This document shows positions 8,977 through 17,395 of a DNA stretch of 64,000 bases, piece by piece. The DNA is from Desulfurivibrio sp. (lineage in GTDB: Bacteria; Desulfobacterota; Desulfobulbia; Desulfobulbales; SURF-16): assembly GCA_003605035.1 (NCBI GenBank), contig QZKJ01000078.1:163-64162 (forward strand), given 5' to 3'. The translations under genes and the position numbers were made by a program. Positions within the stretch are counted from its first letter, which is position 1. Every line of letters starts with the position of its first letter. The notes below the pieces were generated by a model. It had not been told where the DNA came from, searched no databases, and worked only from the letters and a program-made list of their open reading frames with translations.

Positions 8977-9578
8977 GTTAAATTTTTTTTGTGGATTGCA
9001 TACCGCGTTTTCAAAATGCACAAATCGTACCTCCATGCAGCACACATAATTAGATGAAACAGCTTTTCCCATTTGATTGTCAAGCAAAAAGAAATACTTG
9101 CAAAATCAATGAGTCAGCCTGAATTTTCAAGAAAATTTCCTTTCCAATCGCCTCACCAGGGCGCAACTATAAAAAAAGTTTATCACGGTTGCCTGGCAAG
9201 CTACTAACAAAAAATTTTACCAGAGTAAGGGGTTGAAAAAGATTCACGGTCACGAGTACTTGACAAAAAACTGAGTGAGGGATGGCTATAATTCTTCAGA
9301 AAAACTACTGAAATTGCATGCAATTCCAAACAAAAGAATTTTCTGCTGGAAATGCTTTTTGCGTCTTCATGAGAAAAATGGACCCAACAATTTCCGTCTA
9401 AAAAATCTGCTCGAGTTATAATGAGTTACTGCAGTTCCTTGAAAGCTGTTGCTAGATTTTTTTAACGTCAACCCGGCCACAATGCTAAAAAAAATTAACA
9501 GTTTTTTTTGATGAAACAAATACAAATAAATGAAGGAAAAGCGGATACAGCAATCTGACAATAACAGGTAACGAATAT

Positions 9579-9755
9579 TCAAGTTTCCATCTGCACCTCA
9601 TCACTGCATCCGCAGCTGACGCTTTCCGCCTGGCACATGGGACACAAAAACGTTCCCTCCTCCTCATCCAGGCTCAGCACAGACCAATCATAATATTTGC
9701 CGCATCTGCCGCAGTCCACAGCATGATTATCCGCCCGCAGATCTTCGTCTTCCAT
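9579..9755 (-). CDS. 58-aa zinc-ribbon-like protein (CxxC ... CPxC), below the ORF-track size cutoff
   Basis: My own translation: MEDEDLRADNHAVDCGRCGKYYDWSVLSLDEEEGTFLCPMCQAESVSCGCSDEVQMET. AGGGAGAG Shine-Dalgarno just upstream of the ATG. Same strand as, and 79 nt downstream of, the DUF1566 gene. Confidence 0.4.
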   Translation of the reverse strand: MEDEDLRADNHAVDCGRCGKYYDWSVLSLDEEEGTFLCPMCQAESVSCGCSDEVQMET

Positions 9756-9834
9756 ACTCTCCCTGATTTCACTTCACGCGCCCGACAAGCACCTGAATTC
9801 ACATGAGACTGAAATATTATTTTACAGGGCTGCA

Positions 9835-10302
9835 TCAGGGTCGCACCGCCCGGACAAATCCTTGTTTCGCTTTGACATACTTAAATTCATTTCCTCCGCA
9901 GAGAGGATATGATTCCCACCTGCCGGCATTTACCTCCTGTGATGGACTGACGCTCCAGTAATTATAATTATTGCCAAGCTTCATCATACAGTCGTTGTCC
10001 CCCAGCGCAGCAAGATAATGCAGCATATAAAGCTCTTTTCTTGTCGGCAACCGCCAATCGCCATACCCACCCAGGTTCAACCTTTCCGCATACTCCCTTG
10101 CTTCCTGCCAGGTGGAATACCTGGGGCTTTTATCAATCTGCCACAGCAGACCGTTATTGCTCTGCCGGCAGACCCCGTTGCCGAGATCAACCAACCCGGC
10201 TTGACGCTCTGCCGCAGGGGATGACCGATTTTGACCTGCGCCGGCACAAGCTGCCAGAATTGACAGCAGGAGAATCAACACAATGGATTTCGTTGCAGGC
10301 AT
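9835..10302 (-). CDS. DUF1566 (Lcl C-terminal domain)-like lipoprotein
   Basis: The internal ATG at 10302 gives MPATKSIVLILLLSILAAC (lipobox LAAC). LLWQIDKS...TWQEAREYAERLNLGGYGDWRLPTRKELYML matches the DUF1566 signature. Confidence 0.7.
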   Translation of the reverse strand: MPATKSIVLILLLSILAACAGAGQNRSSPAAERQAGLVDLGNGVCRQSNNGLLWQIDKSPRYSTWQEAREYAERLNLGGYGDWRLPTRKELYMLHYLAALGDNDCMMKLGNNYNYWSVSPSQEVNAGRWESYPLCGGNEFKYVKAKQGFVRAVRP

Positions 10303-10344
10303 ATGCTCCCCTGTACACCGGCCAACCACTTCACTTTCCAACAA

Positions 10345-10848
10345 TCAGGCCACATTGTAATGATTGTAGCACACTTCAACCTGCAGAGGGAAATCCCCAT
10401 ATCTTTCCCCGCAAATTTTCCCATTAATCACATAAACAACCCCGGCCTGGTTATCCATTACCTTGAAATGACGCAGATATTCCTGGATGGAGACCATGCC
10501 CTGATCATAAAAATAAGTGGAAGCCAGAAAAAAGGCCGGGATGACCACACTGGCATTGTGCCGTAAAGTGACGGAGATGCTGACCATGCGACTCCGCATA
10601 TTGCCGATCAGTTCATTGCCGCTGAAGAGCAATATCTTCCAGGAGGAATTATTGGTGAGCTGCACATGGGGCACACCAGCAAAATGATCCACCTGGACAA
10701 CCTCGACCAATCCCTGAGCAAAAGCCTCGTCATATGGCAGCAATGCCTTATCGTCGTTAAGGATTATCGTGTTTTCAGCACTGTTAAAAAAACTGATTAC
10801 CGGCAGCAGTTCCGGTGTTTCTGTCCATGCCTGCATGATTCTTCCCAT
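10345..10848 (-). CDS. hypothetical protein, divergent ARPP-1/DUF6569-like
   Basis: ATG at 10848 is preceded by GGAGG with a 5-nt spacer. The pattern YDEAFAQGLVEVVQV..AGVPHVQLTNNSSWKILLFSGNELIGNMRSRMVSISVTL...VIPAFF parallels the ARPP-1 core (ldEAl..G.v.i.Ev...G.V..l.v.N....pvLll.GeeLvGakQNR.ln.sill....t..iPVsCvE), but QNR and CvE are not conserved. Confidence 0.45.
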   Translation of the reverse strand: MGRIMQAWTETPELLPVISFFNSAENTIILNDDKALLPYDEAFAQGLVEVVQVDHFAGVPHVQLTNNSSWKILLFSGNELIGNMRSRMVSISVTLRHNASVVIPAFFLASTYFYDQGMVSIQEYLRHFKVMDNQAGVVYVINGKICGERYGDFPLQVEVCYNHYNVA

Positions 10849-10940
10849 GATACCCTCCACTTTTTTATTTTTCTTGCATTCCTTCACCTTTTCTCTCACC
10901 ATACAGACAGAGGTAGGACAGATAGTGTCCGACCAGCTCA

Positions 10941-11960
10941 ATGAAAGAAAAAAAAATGCAAAAATTCAAACCGCAACACAGCCGTCTGCTCTTTATCGAC
11001 AAGAAGATCAGGGACAGAACCTATCCGAACTGCACATCACTGGCCGAGGAATGGGAAGTCAGCGCAAAAACGATCCAGCGTGATCTGGATTACATGCGGG
11101 CCATGCTTGACGCCCCCATGGCCTATGACGCCGGAAAGCGCGGCTACTACTATACGGAAGAGAGCTTTCACCTGCCGGCAATCGTCTTGACCGACAGCGA
11201 TCTCTTTGCCGTGTTCATTGCGGAAAAGGTCCTCCAGCAGTATGAAAACACGCCGATTTACCCCAGACTGCAATCTCTTTTCGCCAGGATTGCCGAATCC
11301 CTGCCGGACAAAATCACCATTGACCCGGCCCAGTTACATGACAGATTCTCCTTTTTCAGCAGCCCCCACAGCATGATAGCGACACAGGTATGGGAAACCG
11401 TCTTCACTGCCCTGCGCACCTCGCAATCCCTGCACATCAGCCATGCCAAACCGGGCGCAACCGATCTCGCGCAACGCACGATCGATCCCTACCATGTGGT
11501 CAATTACCAGGGGGAATGGTATGTGATTGCTTTCTGCCAGGCACGCCACGATATCCGCACCTTTGCCCTCTCCCGCATTGACAAGGCGCAGTTAGCCGGC
11601 GAGCATTTCACGGTTCCCGCGGATTTTGATTTTCAACAAACAACCCGGGATCGTTTTGGTATACAATGGAGTGATAAGCAGTATGCTGTCAGGATATGGT
11701 TTTCACCGGCGGCAGCGCCCTACATCCGGGAAAGGCAATGGCACCAGGGCCAGCAGATTCAGGAAAACAGCGATAAAAGCATTATGATGACGTTTACCGC
11801 GAGCCATCTGCTGGAGATTAAAAAATGGGTGCTCTCCTGGGGCTGTATGGCCCGGGTTCTCGCGCCCCGTACCCTGGCAGACGACATACGAAGAGAGCTT
11901 GCCTCAGCAATGGGAAATTATGGAGGAAATGATGAAGAAAGAGCTCATCAAACTGGTTGA
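10941..11960 (+). CDS. HTH-WYL-WCX transcriptional regulator (YafY/CapW/BrxR-like architecture)
   Basis: 339 aa. N-terminal HTH ([39 protein letters not shown]). WYL core [35 protein letters not shown]-like C-terminal domain. The start could instead be the ATG at 10956. Confidence 0.85.
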   Translation: MKEKKMQKFKPQHSRLLFIDKKIRDRTYPNCTSLAEEWEVSAKTIQRDLDYMRAMLDAPMAYDAGKRGYYYTEESFHLPAIVLTDSDLFAVFIAEKVLQQYENTPIYPRLQSLFARIAESLPDKITIDPAQLHDRFSFFSSPHSMIATQVWETVFTALRTSQSLHISHAKPGATDLAQRTIDPYHVVNYQGEWYVIAFCQARHDIRTFALSRIDKAQLAGEHFTVPADFDFQQTTRDRFGIQWSDKQYAVRIWFSPAAAPYIRERQWHQGQQIQENSDKSIMMTFTASHLLEIKKWVLSWGCMARVLAPRTLADDIRRELASAMGNYGGNDEERAHQTG

Positions 11961-12441
11961 GACAGACATTACCACCCTGGCAGTTGATGCCATTGTCAAT
12001 GCCGCCAACTCTTCCCTGCTGGGAGGAGGCGGGGTCGACGGCGCGATCCACCGGGCCGCCGGGCCGGAACTGCTGGCCGAATGCCGCACCTTAGACGGCT
12101 GCCCCACCGGCGAGGCAAAGATCACCAAGGGCTACAGGCTGCCTGCCCGTTTTGTCATTCATACAGTGGGCCCGATCTGGCGGGGGGGCAAGCATGAGGA
12201 ACCACAGCTTCTGGCCGCATGCTATCGCAGCACCTTCAAGATTGTCCAGGCCAGACACCTTGAGACCATAGCCTTCCCGGCCATCAGCACCGGCGCCTAC
12301 GGCTTTCCGGGCAAGGAGGCGGCAAGGATTGCGGTGCGGGAAACCCTGATGGCGGCCGAGCAGCTCCCCTTTCTGCAACAGGTCATCTTCGTCTGTTTCA
12401 ACCCGGACACCAGAGAAGCCTATGAGGAAGCCCTGCAATGA
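11932..12441 (+). CDS. YmdB-type macrodomain protein (O-acetyl-ADP-ribose deacetylase / ADP-ribose-binding)
   Basis: [48 protein letters not shown]...[13 protein letters not shown] are canonical macrodomain motifs. GGAGG lies 5 nt upstream of the ATG at 11932. Overlaps the 3' end of the WYL gene. Confidence 0.9.
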   Translation: MKKELIKLVETDITTLAVDAIVNAANSSLLGGGGVDGAIHRAAGPELLAECRTLDGCPTGEAKITKGYRLPARFVIHTVGPIWRGGKHEEPQLLAACYRSTFKIVQARHLETIAFPAISTGAYGFPGKEAARIAVRETLMAAEQLPFLQQVIFVCFNPDTREAYEEALQ

Positions 12442-13619
12442 CTAACCCGCTCAGCCCTGACGAGCAACTGCTGGCCTGGATGACGGATATCCGCAGGACT
12501 CTTCATCAGCATCCGGAACTTGCCCTGCAGGAATTCCGCACCGCGGAATATGTGTCCGCTAAACTTGCTGAACTCGGCATCGCCCATCAAAATGGGATAG
12601 CCGGCACCGGCATCGCGGCCTTTATCGGCGAAAAGAAAAACGGCGCCAGATCTGTGGCGCTGCGCGCCGATATGGACGCCCTGCCGATCACCGAAAAAAC
12701 CGGGCTGCCTTTTGCCTCGCAGCATGATGGCGTCATGCACGCCTGCGGCCATGACGGCCATATGGCCATGCTGCTGGGCGCCGCGGCACTCTTAAAAAAA
12801 CAGGCCCGGCTGCCTGGCCGGGTCGTGCTGCTCTTTCAGCCGGCCGAAGAGGATGAGGGCGGGGCGGAAAAAATGATTGCCGCCGGAGTGCTCATGGGAG
12901 TGGACGCCATCTTCGGCGGCCATATTGAGCGTCATTACGCGGTTGGCGAGATTGCCGTGCAGCCCGGCCTCATCTGCGCCTTTACCGATGAATTCCGGAT
13001 CAACATCCGCGGCCCGGGAGGACATGCGGCCAAACCCCATGAAAGCGCTGACTGTATTGTGGCCGCAGCCTTTCTGGTGACCAGCCTGCAGACCCTGGTC
13101 GCCAGGGAAACCAACCCGGTTTACCCGGCGGTGGTCACGGTGGGCAAAATCCATGGCGGCACCGCCTCCAATGTCATTGCCGACCAGGTCGTGCTGGAGG
13201 GCACCATCCGCACCACCCATATCGCAGCCCGGGAGAATATTTTCGAGAGCCTGCGCAGAATGGCGCTGGCGGTCCGGGATCTGTACAGGACGGAAACGGA
13301 ATTAACCCTGACCCCGGGCTACCCGCCGGTGATCAATGACCAGAAGATCGCCGAGGTGGCGCGACAGGCCGCCCGGCAGACGGTGGGAGAAAACGGGGTA
13401 AAAAGCCAGCCATACCCGAGTCTGGGCGGCGAGGATTTCTCTTTTTACCTCAAGCACATTCCAGGCTGTTTTGTCCGGTTTGGTGCCAGACGCGACGACC
13501 TTCCCCATGCCAATGCCCACAGCCCTGTCTTTGATTTTGATGAACGGGTACTGCCGGTCGGCGCCGAATTTCTGGCCCGCTGCGCCCTGCTCTTTCTGCA
13601 GCAGGCAGCCCGGGATTAA
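12438..13619 (+). CDS. M20D-family amidohydrolase (N-acyl-L-amino acid amidohydrolase/hippuricase-like)
   Basis: 393 aa. [22 protein letters not shown] and HACGHDGH metal-binding motifs. ATGA start/stop overlap with the macrodomain gene. Confidence 0.9.
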   Translation: MTNPLSPDEQLLAWMTDIRRTLHQHPELALQEFRTAEYVSAKLAELGIAHQNGIAGTGIAAFIGEKKNGARSVALRADMDALPITEKTGLPFASQHDGVMHACGHDGHMAMLLGAAALLKKQARLPGRVVLLFQPAEEDEGGAEKMIAAGVLMGVDAIFGGHIERHYAVGEIAVQPGLICAFTDEFRINIRGPGGHAAKPHESADCIVAAAFLVTSLQTLVARETNPVYPAVVTVGKIHGGTASNVIADQVVLEGTIRTTHIAARENIFESLRRMALAVRDLYRTETELTLTPGYPPVINDQKIAEVARQAARQTVGENGVKSQPYPSLGGEDFSFYLKHIPGCFVRFGARRDDLPHANAHSPVFDFDERVLPVGAEFLARCALLFLQQAARD

Positions 13620-14941
13620 CAACGACACAGAGAAACAATGGTCTCCAGATGATGGGTCTGGGGAAACATATCCACCATCTGCATCTTTTCCACCCCATAC
13701 CCTTCCCTTTCAAGGATGACCAGATCCCGGCACAAGGTGGCCGGGTCGCAGGAGATATAGATGATCCGCGTGACCCCGAGTTCAGACAGGTAAGGGATGA
13801 CTTCAGCACATCCCTGCCGTGGCGGATCAAGCAGGGCCAGAGCAAACCTCTCCCCGCCTGCGGCAAGGCTCTTTGCCCCTGCCAGCGCTGAAGCCTGGGT
13901 GAAGATGCTGTTCTCAATGCCGTTTATCCCGGCATTGCGCCTGGCGCTGCGGATGGCTGAGCGCTGCAGGTCCATGCCGACAACGGATAGCGCCTGCCGG
14001 GCAAGAGGCAGGGAAAAATTCCCCATGCCGCAGAAGAGATCAAGAACCTTATGCCCGTCAGCAAGCTTTGCCCATTCCAGCACCAGGGCAATAAGCTGCT
14101 CATTCTGCTCGGCATTGACCTGGCAGAATCCCCCCGGCTCAATGCTCATCCTGAGGTGGTCACCAGCAGGCATGGCATGGGAGAAAGAGAGCAGAGACTG
14201 CTCATCACCGACCTGGCCGCCTGGAAAAACCTCAGCAATGGCTGAGTCCGCCGTCTTGGCGATCACCTGTTTGATGCTGCTGTGACCGGCAGCCAGCTCT
14301 TCAAGCACTTTCCGTTCAGCCGGCCTCGCTTTTCTGGACAGATGCAGGCAAATGACCACGAGTTCATCGGCCGCACTCAGTAACAGTTCGACCGAGGTGG
14401 TCAAAGCGGCAATGGCGGCAAGGGGAGACTGATTGATCAGGTAAGCCAGCACGTTATTCAGCGGCGGTCTGGCCAGCAGGCAGGCGCTGACTGGTATCAC
14501 CTCATGGGATTGACTGCGGTGAAAGCCGGGTTTTCCATCTTTTCCCACATGCAGCCTGATACGCTGCCGGTAATGAAATGCCTGCGGGGCAAGCAAGGGA
14601 GGAAGAAGAAATGCACTGCTGTCTTGTTGCAGGCCTGACCGCTCAAGCTGCTCACGCAGAATCCGGTTTTTCAGATCCGCCTGGTTTTCGGAAAGGACGT
14701 GCTGGAAATCGCAGCCGCCGCATTGGGGGAAATAAGGACAGGGAGGCTCGGTGCGATCTGCTGATGCCTGCAGAATTTTGACGGCACGCGCCTCGATGTA
14801 GTTCTTTTTTCTGCTGACCGGTCGAATTTCCACCTCCTCGCCGGGCAGGACATAAGGCACCAGCACCACCTTGCCGTCCGGCAGCCGGCCCAGGCCGCTG
14901 CCGCCGATCACCAGTTTTTCAATGTGTACGGTTAATGCCAT
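13616..14941 (-). CDS. rlmD: 23S rRNA (uracil-5)-methyltransferase, RumA/RlmD family
   Basis: 441 aa. N-terminal TRAM-like domain. CPYFPQCGGCDFQH Fe-S cysteines. SAM motif DLFCGMGNFSLPLA. LDPPRQG and ISCDPATLCRDL. Confidence 0.88.
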   Translation of the reverse strand: MALTVHIEKLVIGGSGLGRLPDGKVVLVPYVLPGEEVEIRPVSRKKNYIEARAVKILQASADRTEPPCPYFPQCGGCDFQHVLSENQADLKNRILREQLERSGLQQDSSAFLLPPLLAPQAFHYRQRIRLHVGKDGKPGFHRSQSHEVIPVSACLLARPPLNNVLAYLINQSPLAAIAALTTSVELLLSAADELVVICLHLSRKARPAERKVLEELAAGHSSIKQVIAKTADSAIAEVFPGGQVGDEQSLLSFSHAMPAGDHLRMSIEPGGFCQVNAEQNEQLIALVLEWAKLADGHKVLDLFCGMGNFSLPLARQALSVVGMDLQRSAIRSARRNAGINGIENSIFTQASALAGAKSLAAGGERFALALLDPPRQGCAEVIPYLSELGVTRIIYISCDPATLCRDLVILEREGYGVEKMQMVDMFPQTHHLETIVSLCRC

Positions 14942-15003
14942 TTACGGTATTTTGTCGCAAGAGAGCAAAAGTGTGAATACAACCATATAATATTATTGCG
15001 TTT

Positions 15004-15041
15004 AAAGCAAAAATCCCGTCAAACGCGACGTCCGACGGGAT
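15004..15041 (-). terminator. rho-independent terminator after the PEP-CTERM-like gene
   Basis: The minus strand reads ATCCCGTC-(13 nt)-GACGGGAT followed by TTTTGCTTT, 29 nt after the stop at 15070. Confidence 0.5.
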
Positions 15042-15069
15042 AGGTATTTATCTGTTTACAAAAGGTATA

Positions 15070-15615
15070 TCAGCGGGTTTTCCGTCTTAAGACAACCAGG
15101 CCGGCTAAACCAGAAGCGAGGAGCCATACTGTGCCAGGGAGAGGAACACTTGCACTGTAAGCATATGCCTTGCCCTCATCTCCAAAATTCATCGCTCTGA
15201 CCCGAAAACCTCCCGGATAGTAGCCATCTAGCTGCTCATCGCAAAACAAGGAAAAATTCACCAGAGAAAAGGGTGAATTGCCCGCCAACTTTAAAATAAC
15301 GCCTGCGGATAGATCTTCAGTTCCCCAGTTATTATATCCATACACACCACTCGAGGTTTTTACTATTTCCCACGAGTCAGCAGGGACAACCCCGGGAAAC
15401 CCCGCCCCGTCGACATCCGCGACAGATGAGTATTGAACCACCAAATCCAGATCATCAATAACAACGTCATTGGCGACATCTAACTGGAACCCATCAATAA
15501 GGGAATAATCAGAAAATGTATGATCAATACCTACATAAACAGTATAAGCAAAAACAGGAACGGAACTAAACAGCACGATGACCAATGAAGCAAATATCAT
15601 TTTTAAATTTTTCAT
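15070..15615 (-). CDS. secreted protein with PEP-CTERM/VPLPA-CTERM-like sorting signal
   Basis: 181 aa. Signal peptide MKNLKMIFASLVIVLFSSVPVFA. The C-terminus VPLPGTVWLLASGLAGLVVLRRKTR has the motif + TM + basic tail layout of exosortase substrates. Confidence 0.7.
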   Translation of the reverse strand: MKNLKMIFASLVIVLFSSVPVFAYTVYVGIDHTFSDYSLIDGFQLDVANDVVIDDLDLVVQYSSVADVDGAGFPGVVPADSWEIVKTSSGVYGYNNWGTEDLSAGVILKLAGNSPFSLVNFSLFCDEQLDGYYPGGFRVRAMNFGDEGKAYAYSASVPLPGTVWLLASGLAGLVVLRRKTR

Positions 15616-15659
15616 TTGTTTCTCCTTTTAATCATACATCCTGATGCTTCAAAAAATTA

Positions 15660-16442
15660 TCAATGAGTGATTTTATAAACGATGCAACTTCGATCAGCAC
15701 CATTAACTATGCCGTCGGCATTACAATCCATCCAGGGGTAAGCAACTCCACCATTTACCATATAATAGACAACGGCGCTTCTATCTGCTCCATTGATTAC
15801 CCCATCACCATTCGCATCCCCGCGTTCATAAATTTTCACACCAGGGAAAGCCACACCTGTCAAATCAAGCACGGCTTCACTGGTGGAAACAAAATTTGCA
15901 TACACATCAGGCGCAGGCCGCACAACACCGAGCCCGAGGGAAACGCCAAAATAGCCGCTTGCATTGCCGGTTGCTGCATCCTTGTCAGGGGTACTGTTTT
16001 CAGAACGGGCAAACGTAACCTTACCAAGCAGCTTCCGTGCCCCGGTGACCCCGGCAGTCGGGGCATTCTCATCAATTTTCCCGTTGATAAAAACCACTTC
16101 TCCCACATCGGTGTTGATCTGAGGGTCCTGATAGGGGTATTTGGCGCCATCGGGTGTACCGAAATACCAGTCAGCTTCATTTTTGATTGCGGTGGGGGCA
16201 GAACCGGCAGGATCAGTTGCCGGATCAACGGGATAAAATCTGCTTTTATCATAAGCCAGTTTTACTCCGGCGCTGACCAGAGGATCGGCATTGATGTCAA
16301 CGTAGAGGTAAATAACCAGATTCGTCTCCGTATATGCCCCTTCTGCGTAGACATCAACATCTGCGGCCATTGCCGTGCCGCCTGACCCAATGATGACAGC
16401 GGAAAGGATTGCCGCAATACCGAATGTTGTTTTCTTCTTCAC
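15660..16442 (-). CDS. secreted protein with cohesin-like N-terminal domain and C-terminal dockerin-type duplicated Ca-binding repeats
   Basis: 260 aa. GTG start with GGAGG upstream. Signal peptide ...GGTAMA. C-terminus GDANGDGVINGADRSAVVYYM...DCNADGIVNGADRSCIVYKI is the dockerin type I pattern (DxNxDGxIxxxD, twice). The cohesin call is weaker, resting on a beta-sandwich-like V.L.YD..F motif. Confidence 0.65.
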   Translation of the reverse strand: MKKKTTFGIAAILSAVIIGSGGTAMAADVDVYAEGAYTETNLVIYLYVDINADPLVSAGVKLAYDKSRFYPVDPATDPAGSAPTAIKNEADWYFGTPDGAKYPYQDPQINTDVGEVVFINGKIDENAPTAGVTGARKLLGKVTFARSENSTPDKDAATGNASGYFGVSLGLGVVRPAPDVYANFVSTSEAVLDLTGVAFPGVKIYERGDANGDGVINGADRSAVVYYMVNGGVAYPWMDCNADGIVNGADRSCIVYKITH

Positions 16443-16517
16443 CTCAGCCCCTCCAGAATTATGCTCCCTCTCCGTAATCCAGGTGTCGGTGGAACCTGAA
16501 CCTATCCAATTACTGAC

Positions 16518-16533
16518 AGCAAATCAGGTGCCA
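16518..16533 (-). promoter_or_regulatory. sigma54 promoter (perfect TGGCAC-N5-TTGCT) upstream of the cohesin/dockerin gene
   Basis: Reverse complement of 16518..16533 is TGGCACCTGATTTGCT. It lies about 75 nt upstream of the GTG start at 16442. A GGAATTA-N7-TAATTCC palindrome at 16649..16669 sits about 120 bp further upstream. Confidence 0.55.
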
Positions 16534-16772
16534 TTTGCTTCATTTGCACACCATCAAAAAATGTCTTTTATTTCAATGGGTAAATTAACCTGCAACGAAA
16601 ATGGGCCAGGAAAAGTCATAAAAAGCGGACAGTCTCATTCGTTTTTCTGGAATTAGTGGCGGTAATTCCGGGAAAAAGGAAACACCGTGACGCTAGGCCA
16701 GACTGAAAGGTCTGACAAGCAACTTGCCGGAAAATCTGATAAAAAAGACAAACCCTGCAGGTCCGACATTTT

Positions 16773-17288
16773 TTAATATTTCTTGTCGGCGTAGGCCAGC
16801 CAGCCGCCAGCCAGCACCAGGTCCTTGTCAAAGGAATTGAGCGTGAATTTACAGGTGAATTCCTTTGTTCCTCGGGCAATAAGGGTTTCCTTGTCCATGT
16901 CAATCGAAACGGTTACCTCAGGCCCGACAGCAAAAAGGGCGTCAATGTCTTTCTTGGGCAACTCAATGGCCAGCATGCCGCAGTTGAACATATTCTGCCG
17001 GAAAATCCTGGCAAAACTCTCGGCAATGACCACATTGATGTTATTCACCTCAAAGACCCAGACCGCGTGTTCCCGGGAGGAGCCGCAACCGAAATTGGCG
17101 CGGGTGACGATGACTCCGGCCCCTCTGGTATTGACCGCCGGATCAAAGCCAGGCAGTTTCAGATCCTCCAGGATAAAGGGTTTGAGGTCCTCCTTGGTGT
17201 TTTCCGTCAGATATTTCGCCGGAATAATCTCATCTGTATTGATATTGCTTCTGTCCAGAAAAAGGACCGGACCGCCGAATGTCTTCAT
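16773..17288 (-). CDS. leuD: 3-isopropylmalate dehydratase small subunit (archaeal/type-2 LeuD)
   Basis: MKTFGGPVLFLDRSNINTDEIIPAKYL...GCGSSREHAVW. The ATG at 17288 is preceded by GAGG. The track ORF extends to a GTG at 17399 through a 9-bp repeat array. Confidence 0.9.
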   Translation of the reverse strand: MKTFGGPVLFLDRSNINTDEIIPAKYLTENTKEDLKPFILEDLKLPGFDPAVNTRGAGVIVTRANFGCGSSREHAVWVFEVNNINVVIAESFARIFRQNMFNCGMLAIELPKKDIDALFAVGPEVTVSIDMDKETLIARGTKEFTCKFTLNSFDKDLVLAGGWLAYADKKY

Positions 17289-17300
17289 AACAACCTCGTA

Positions 17301-17390
17301 GGGTTTGTTGGGTTCGTTGGGTTTATTGAGTTTGTTGAGTTTGTTGAGTTTGTTGAGTTTGTTGGGTTTGTTGGGTTTGTTGGGTTGAGG
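17301..17390. repeat. 9-bp tandem repeat array, ten units (GGGTTTGTT/GAGTTTGTT), between leuC and leuD
   Basis: Units read directly: GGGTTTGTT GGGTTCGTT GGGTTTATT GAGTTTGTT x4 GGGTTTGTT x2 GGGTTGAGG. In frame with leuD this encodes (P/L)NK repeats. Confidence 0.9.
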
Positions 17391-17395
17391 CCGTT

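Noticed and set aside
9260-9296. TTGACA ... TATAAT pair on the plus strand upstream of nothing
   Set aside because: The spacer is about 21 nt, too long for sigma70, and no plus-strand gene follows for 1.6 kb.
9367-9667. Track ORFs 9367..9582 and 9485..9667 (minus)
   Set aside because: AT-rich, low-complexity translations without an SD. The alternative 58-aa zinc-ribbon frame (9579..9755) has an SD and paired CxxC motifs and was preferred.
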